Shown here piece after piece: positions 62,501-64,000 of a stretch of 64,000 nt of DNA (the first letter of the stretch is position 1; each line of letters opens with the position of its first letter). Under the pieces are notes generated by a model that was not told the DNA's origin, did not search any database, and saw nothing but the letters and a program-made list of their open reading frames with translations. The translations under genes were made by a program, and so were the position numbers. This stretch comes from Rhynchobatus australiae (lineage: Eukaryota): NCBI GenBank assembly GCA_034780895.1, contig JAUZTB010000001.1, positions 105,695,163 through 105,759,162 of the forward strand, written 5' to 3'.

Positions 62501-64000
62501 CTACTTGTAACTGATTTCAATGTGGAAGAACTCTCCTCAGACTTGGCATTCATTGTGTCTTCTTTCTTATCCCTAATGGTGTGTTTCTTTCTTTCTTCTA
62601 GTGGGTTGGAAGCAAAACTATCTTCATTGGTTTGATGAAACATTAATATATCTTTTAAACCAAAGGTGACCTTTTGTGATTTTGATCTATCCACATCCAA
62701 TGTAGTGTCCTTGCTATTTTCAACAATGGTTTCTTTAGTTTTGTCTGGTAAGGAAGAAACCTGATCTTCATTTCCTTGACCAAAGCCTAACATCTCACTT
62801 AAGCTAAAGGGAGACCATTGCGAATTTGATTCATCTGTATCTCCTGGATTCCTTTTATTTCCATCAAAATTTTGAGTTTCTTCTGAGGTTCTGAAAGTCT
62901 GACCCCCACCATCACTACTAAATCTGAAGATATCACTTACTGCATTCAAGTTAACCCACCAGGATTCTGACTGGTCATTATCATTTCCACCTTCTTCCCC
63001 GGTGACTTTTGTTTCTTCTAATATGTCGGAATCCTTAGCGTCATTGATTTGCCCAAACCATAATTTATCACTTAAACCAAACAAAGATTGAACATTACTC
63101 ATTAAGTTTTGATTAACTTCGTCAATATTTTCTGATTGACTATACTTTAGGCTTGAATCATCTGCCACTGAATGTTCAGACGTTTTCTTTCCTGACTGAG
63201 TGACTAAGGTTTCACTTGGGTCTGTTGAATCATCAGCAAGATATTTTGTATTTTCATGCTTATTCTCTTCACCTTCTTTGGAAGATAAAACATCATCTGG
63301 TAAATCACTGTTGAGATTTAGCAATTGTGACAAACCCCCAATCCAACCTGACATTCCAGCACCAAGGATTCCTTTATCCTCATAATACCCACTTTTATGT
63401 CCCTCTTCTGACAACACAGAGTCCTCATCATTGTCTAATGGAATTTTTCGACTTTTAAAAGAGTTTAGCTGTACAGACTGGTCAGTTGGTTCCACAACCT
63501 TTTCATCCTTATTACCTTCCAGACCAAACCACCCACTAATTCTAGATCCAATCCAATCAGATTCCTCTTGCACAAATTTAGATACTTCATTACTTTCCAT
63601 TGTAATAGGATTATCTTCACTGATTTCTTGCCCTGGATGTTCATCTTTTTCTGCACCAATATTTTCATTATGCACAGATTCAGGAAGATTGAGTAGGTTC
63701 AATTCATTATTATCTGTATGTCTGGAGCCACTTTCATCATTTAATTGATTCTGATGATCAGCTGGTGAAAGAAATTCATTTATTTGTACATTCTCATCAG
63801 GTGCTAGACTGTTTTCAAGTTTCTCTTTACCAAAGTTCATTTCTAGCTCTGTGGTATGATGTGTTCCTTGAATCTGTTTTTTATAATGATCGACTAAATT
63901 GTCCACAGGTTCAGTTTTGACAGAATTACCTTCATAAACCTGGTTGTTTTTATTAGGCTTAGTTTCATGTCCTAATGTGGCTTTTCTTTCTTCTGGCATT
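20378..64000 (-). CDS. MIA2: MIA2/cTAGE5 (TALI) ER-exit-site cargo receptor; 5' end (signal peptide, SH3-like domain) lies beyond the window
   Basis: Exon chain with consistent phases giving an acidic luminal region, a transmembrane segment, coiled coils ([18 protein letters not shown]; SPYGPSP; SDSGSLSP.W) and a Pro-rich tail. Tail-to-tail with FBXO33, as human MIA2 is. Confidence 0.93.
21100..22420. mobile_element. Cluster of old non-LTR fragments and a PLE tail (about 22030-22115)
   Basis: aattaggaatggataataaatgatggccttgccagcgacatc LINE 3' end near 21280-21330; tgaagggtctcggctcaaaatgtcaactg...atagatgctgcc tail. Confidence 0.4.
24095..24323 (-). CDS. MIA2: MIA2/cTAGE5 proline-rich exon
   Basis: cttgcag|GAC TCA TTA ... 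ATG GGA A|gtaagt; [25 protein letters not shown]...GLPPHPSMG. Confidence 0.85.
24520..24590 (-). CDS. MIA2: MIA2/cTAGE5 exon
   Basis: tgtgtag|AT GGA CGC CCC ... GAT CGT|gtaagt; [24 protein letters not shown]. Confidence 0.8.
24930..25490 (+). mobile_element. CR1 LINE 3' fragment
   Basis: catctggagtaccgtgtccagttttgg (HLEY.VQFW), tctagaaccaagggtc, tggaattctctacc, CR1 3' UTR ending ttctatgtttc. Confidence 0.75.
26003..26118 (-). pseudogene. Frameshifted MIA2/cTAGE5 exon (pseudo-exon or sequencing error)
   Basis: [16 protein letters not shown] resembles the recalled cTAGE5 RLSGPAE exon; in-frame TAG after a homopolymer run; donor CAG|gtacgg. Confidence 0.65.
26330..26482 (-). CDS. MIA2: MIA2/cTAGE5 exon
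   Basis: gcccatag|CG AGA GGT CCA ... TCA CCA G|gtatga; [26 protein letters not shown]. Confidence 0.9.
26670..27240 (-). mobile_element. Degenerate CR1 LINE 3' fragment
   Basis: aatctcccctcagcatcctctgttatagagaaaataataccagcctagccaatct is the reverse complement of the CR1 RLGLFSL..R.LRGD segment. Confidence 0.6.
27279..27410 (-). CDS. MIA2: MIA2/cTAGE5 exon
   Basis: [38 protein letters not shown]; phase 1-1, GT-AG. Confidence 0.93.
27663..27772 (-). CDS. MIA2: MIA2/cTAGE5 exon
   Basis: [36 protein letters not shown]; phase 2-1. Confidence 0.88.
29071..29138 (-). CDS. MIA2: MIA2/cTAGE5 exon
   Basis: [22 protein letters not shown]; ttgtag| ... AA|gtaagt. Confidence 0.93.
29664..29699 (-). CDS. 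MIA2: MIA2/cTAGE5 36-nt exon
   Basis: [12 protein letters not shown]; tatag| ... TGG|gtgagt. Confidence 0.95.
30732..30792 (-). CDS. MIA2: MIA2/cTAGE5 exon
   Basis: [20 protein letters not shown]; ttgcag| ... |gtatgt. Confidence 0.93.
30870..30971 (-). CDS. MIA2: MIA2/cTAGE5 exon
   Basis: [33 protein letters not shown]; phase 2-2. Confidence 0.93.
31664..31802 (-). CDS. MIA2: MIA2/cTAGE5 exon
   Basis: [45 protein letters not shown]; phase 1-2. Confidence 0.93.
32930..33640 (+). mobile_element. CR1 LINE 3' fragments with a SINE tail (about 33240-33300) and a gap
   Basis: catctggagtatc...ttctggttgccc, aagctggaaagagtgcagaaaagattcacaaagatgct ([12 protein letters not shown]); 3' end gggccaaagggcctgtttttgtgctgtataa present twice. 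Confidence 0.7.
34721..34811 (-). CDS. MIA2: MIA2/cTAGE5 exon
   Basis: [30 protein letters not shown]; phase 0-1. Confidence 0.93.
34955..35217 (-). mobile_element. tRNA-derived SINE (V-SINE/HE1-like), near full length
   Basis: Minus strand starts ggtagtgtaacgg (A-box-like), ggttcaattcc (B box), then ggagtttgtacgttctcccc core; ends aataaagatatctt. Confidence 0.8.
35330..35700 (-). mobile_element. CR1 LINE 3' fragment
   Basis: ORF 35463-35660 ...[14 protein letters not shown] resembles CR1 ORF2 end (FFTQRVV..WN.L). Confidence 0.6.
36350..37030 (-). mobile_element. Penelope-like element 3' fragment, rearranged around a gap
   Basis: [17 protein letters not shown] motif, pyrimidine-rich tail and hammerhead-like cctgaagaagggccctgacctgaaacgttga. 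Confidence 0.7.
37110..37450 (+). mobile_element. CR1 LINE 3' fragment
   Basis: atgagaggcgacttgataggaggtatacaagattatgagaggca (RGDLI.VYKIMRG); tail gaagggtcttactgtgctgtactgttctatg. Confidence 0.75.
39208..39263 (-). CDS. MIA2: MIA2/cTAGE5 exon
   Basis: [18 protein letters not shown]|gtatgt; an alternative acceptor would start the exon at 39254. Confidence 0.85.
41549..41615 (-). CDS. MIA2: MIA2/cTAGE5 exon
   Basis: ctctcag|[23 protein letters not shown]|gtaata. Confidence 0.9.
41701..41823 (-). CDS. MIA2: MIA2/cTAGE5 exon
   Basis: [41 protein letters not shown]|gtgaga. Confidence 0.93.
42772..42876 (-). CDS. MIA2: MIA2/cTAGE5 exon
   Basis: [35 protein letters not shown]; phase 0-0. Confidence 0.9.
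42953..43024 (-). CDS. MIA2: MIA2/cTAGE5 exon
   Basis: [24 protein letters not shown]; phase 0-0. Confidence 0.9.
43156..43266 (-). CDS. MIA2: MIA2/cTAGE5 exon
   Basis: [37 protein letters not shown]|gtatgt. Confidence 0.9.
44634..44711 (-). CDS. MIA2: MIA2/cTAGE5 exon
   Basis: ttttag|[26 protein letters not shown]|gtaaaa. Confidence 0.85.
45410..45850 (+). mobile_element. CR1 LINE 3' fragment
   Basis: ggagactgaggggagacccgatagatgtatgcaagattatgagaggcatagatagagtagac ([18 protein letters not shown]) plus 3' UTR. Confidence 0.8.
46317..46367 (-). CDS. MIA2: MIA2/cTAGE5 exon interrupted by an undersized 10-N gap
   Basis: ctttag|GG AGA GAG AAA CAA CTT GCA GAA (GREKQLAE) ... AAA CAA AAG|gtatgt. 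Confidence 0.85.
46458..46479 (-). CDS. MIA2: MIA2/cTAGE5 22-nt exon
   Basis: taatag|GTG AAA AGC AGA AGA TAC ATG G|gtaagc (VKSRRYM). Confidence 0.9.
46623..46766 (-). CDS. MIA2: MIA2/cTAGE5 transmembrane exon
   Basis: [48 protein letters not shown]; hydrophobic segment; phase 0-0. Confidence 0.9.
49014..49580. promoter_or_regulatory. Intronic CpG island, probable cTAGE5 isoform promoter
   Basis: CpG-dense; YY1-like AAGATGGCGGC on the minus strand at about 49206-49216; lies just upstream of the transmembrane exon, where the mammalian cTAGE5 first exon is. Confidence 0.75.
49034..49072 (-). CDS. MIA2: Putative cTAGE5 alternative first coding exon ([13 protein letters not shown])
   Basis: gcgATGG Kozak context in the CpG island; phase-0 CCG|gcaagt GC donor, or a donor hidden in the adjacent gap. 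Confidence 0.55.
49670..50310. mobile_element. Ancient DeuSINE-like fragments
   Basis: ggaaacgttgcagccaaattgcacacagtaagttcctcaaaacagtaatg and gggatgt..caaa resemble the recalled Deu-SINE central domain; related piece at 39540-39620. Confidence 0.45.
50390..50770 (+). mobile_element. CR1 LINE 3' fragment
   Basis: tataagattttgagaggcatggatag...aataccagagggcatgcatttaaggtgagaggg ([10 protein letters not shown]); tail gggccgaagggcctgttcccgtgctgt. Confidence 0.8.
51059..51141. repeat. Near-perfect inverted repeat: 38-bp arms, 7-nt loop
   Basis: gtattcctgggttagttgcccctttgttccagctactc / tttgctg / gagtagctagagcaaaggggcaactaatccaggaatac; 3 non-Watson-Crick positions. Confidence 0.9.
51372..51900. repeat. 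GC-rich minisatellite, about 16 units of 25, 34 or 36 bp
   Basis: Repeated core ggacctgaaaggg; full unit ggacctgaaagggcgacggcaggctggagctcctgc. Confidence 0.95.
52830..53416 (+). mobile_element. Penelope-like element 3' end with hammerhead-like tail
   Basis: [30 protein letters not shown], then cagtcctgatgaagggtctcagcccaaaacgttgactg and atagatgctgcctgacctgctga. Confidence 0.8.
53417..54480 (-). mobile_element. CR1 LINE fragment interrupted by a Rex1-type insertion
   Basis: [37 protein letters not shown]...LRGDLI (54098-54333) and [29 protein letters not shown] (53417-53630). Confidence 0.85.
53632..54097 (+). mobile_element. Rex1/Babar-type LINE 3' end
   Basis: [32 protein letters not shown]...PSGRRYKSL; ends aataataaaccaattccaattc. 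Confidence 0.75.
54700..56080. mobile_element. CR1-type RT fragment (minus) with a CR1 3' fragment (plus, about 55130-55755) inside it
   Basis: [40 protein letters not shown] (RT region); plus-strand [11 protein letters not shown], tattgtgtgcagttctgg and CR1 tail. Confidence 0.7.
56628..56731 (-). CDS. MIA2: MIA2 exon preceding the transmembrane exon
   Basis: ttttacag|AA TAT GAA GCA ... ATC CAA AAT|gtaagt; [34 protein letters not shown]; phase 0 into 46766. Confidence 0.8.
56812..57204 (-). CDS. MIA2: MIA2 luminal exon, 393 nt
   Basis: ctttgcag|AT GCT TTC AGT ... GAC ATT G|gtgagt; open acidic frame, phase 1-1. Confidence 0.8.
59208..60033 (-). pseudogene. Degenerate 3' continuation of the MIA2 giant exon
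   Basis: Coding-like fragments [20 protein letters not shown] / [17 protein letters not shown] / [12 protein letters not shown] separated by stops, frameshifts and a MITE; ends in CAG|gtatga. Confidence 0.55.
59404..59839. mobile_element. Tc1/mariner-pogo type MITE, 436 bp
   Basis: Left end CAATAAAACTCCAATAATCTG versus reverse-complemented right end CGATAAAACTCCGATAATCTG (19/21 identical); TA on both sides (59402-59403, 59840-59841). Confidence 0.85.
60034..64000 (-). CDS. MIA2: MIA2 giant luminal exon, open past the window end; probable donor at 60102, read-through stop at 60034
   Basis: 1321-codon acidic ORF with recalled MIA2 motifs [12 protein letters not shown] and SFKSRKI; AAA G|gtatag at 60102 is phase 1, matching the exon at 57204. 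Confidence 0.88.
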   Translation of the reverse strand, partial: MPEERKATLGHETKPNKNNQVYEGNSVKTEPVDNLVDHYKKQIQGTHHTTELEMNFGKEKLENSLAPDENVQINEFLSPADHQNQLNDESGSRHTDNNELNLLNLPESVHNENIGAEKDEHPGQEISEDNPITMESNEVSKFVQEESDWIGSRISGWFGLEGNKDEKVVEPTDQSVQLNSFKSRKIPLDNDEDSVLSEEGHKSGYYEDKGILGAGMSGWIGGLSQLLNLNSDLPDDVLSSKEGEENKHENTKYLADDSTDPSETLVTQSGKKTSEHSVADDSSLKYSQSENIDEVNQNLMSNVQSLFGLSDKLWFGQINDAKDSDILEETKVTGEEGGNDNDQSESWWVNLNAVSDIFRFSSDGGGQTFRTSEETQNFDGNKRNPGDTDESNSQWSPFSLSEMLGFGQGNEDQVSSLPDKTKETIVENSKDTTLDVDRSKSQKVTFGLKDILMFHQTNEDSFASNPLEERKKHTIRDKKEDTMNAKSEESSSTLKSVTSRVASITGSLINEDTIQSPKQCLNMVENDVTCQSEYLQQSEKEYRETKSESAQSRLSMNGLKNSFDGKTSKLQGVQESQEKNLIPDSDFLGHNKALTQESLHKDESLQGHLMYTSEIKQHISDDTKTVPYENLHSGEKLHGEQEVLHLTSEVQQITIVSKHDALAPESFSEEEQRLTMQSKWASNKEPGSETALLTMAGNADHSVWDKLQVEGDVSQDNLVSRPKSEQLASNATDPMSVNELPDVKEFSQEQVINSDLQQNPITDNDQHRAEEKLHRKQQTSQQEDIIPALEVEQLDASGNNKLLPQTQTDNEQQNFSFEXXXXXXXXXXXXXXXXXXXXXXXXXXXXDLSSAKEQTSDHYNLLSEKDKKQEMPQLNRNDKGVIATNVNDPSLEKQLYDETWQIQTVQQVSDHTRDLSKEETSGDRNALQHQTLTLDSESNQHPSDHSECLHGEESVTKECQLLKSATNELVADAEKPFSLKMRDEQNLQVKQATSNSEPKWLATSEQGEDTFSENLHVNEDILQTNVLIHAISDKSKFLVKEMFNDKDYVLQKQCIMSDFKSGKHTVTENAESLEKDRTHNGEQTLPHHVSSSQPEERTVSYNDKENSSYRQNIMEDKGVYLESENEFVDLDSTVDSSEEGTTASLISVTPTSTEKSNKVHNSLETEAMVEHLNSLPSEDANPPAVLSSKRQDTNTKIKPQHVIKETKYKVNDDYAEADNMSNEGTTQLSIESTSANLQKDETQSNSGQLIMTSVHERKEASRQSAEVDTSPDATAEDIHGTISTSQPESGTEEESLTSKGIESSDCQDSTSVFQGIGSLLG

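Noticed and set aside
60034-64000. Giant ORF as an independent gene or as MIA3/TANGO1
   Set aside because: MIA2-type motifs, splice-compatible downstream exons and adjacency to FBXO33 favour MIA2; the ATG at 63999 is only the first in-window Met.

Overview
Vertebrate genomic DNA from a gapped draft assembly. The repeat content (V-SINE/HE1-like SINE, CR1, Rex1/Babar, Penelope-like elements) suggests a cartilaginous fish. I reconstructed three intron-containing genes by hand from splice sites and phases: FAM177A1 (minus strand, four coding exons 1637-7471, last exon not found in the window), FBXO33 (plus strand, three coding exons 9521-16320) and MIA2/cTAGE5 (TALI; minus strand, 20378 to beyond 64000, with a probable internal cTAGE5 promoter at a CpG island near 49.2 kb). 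The most notable signal is that the MIA2/cTAGE5 locus appears to be losing coding sequence. The 3' end of the giant luminal exon is degenerate (stops, frameshifts, a TA-flanked MITE) and could be bypassed by an upstream splice donor. Three small exon-like segments are frameshifted, and the proline-rich tail contains no PPP triplet. Other items: hammerhead-ribozyme remnants in Penelope-like tails, an 83-nt near-perfect hairpin, a GC-rich minisatellite, an adjacent CRE and CLEAR/E-box, and a probable chimeric join in FBXO33 exon 1. Gene and repeat identities rest on recalled homology, not on database searches.
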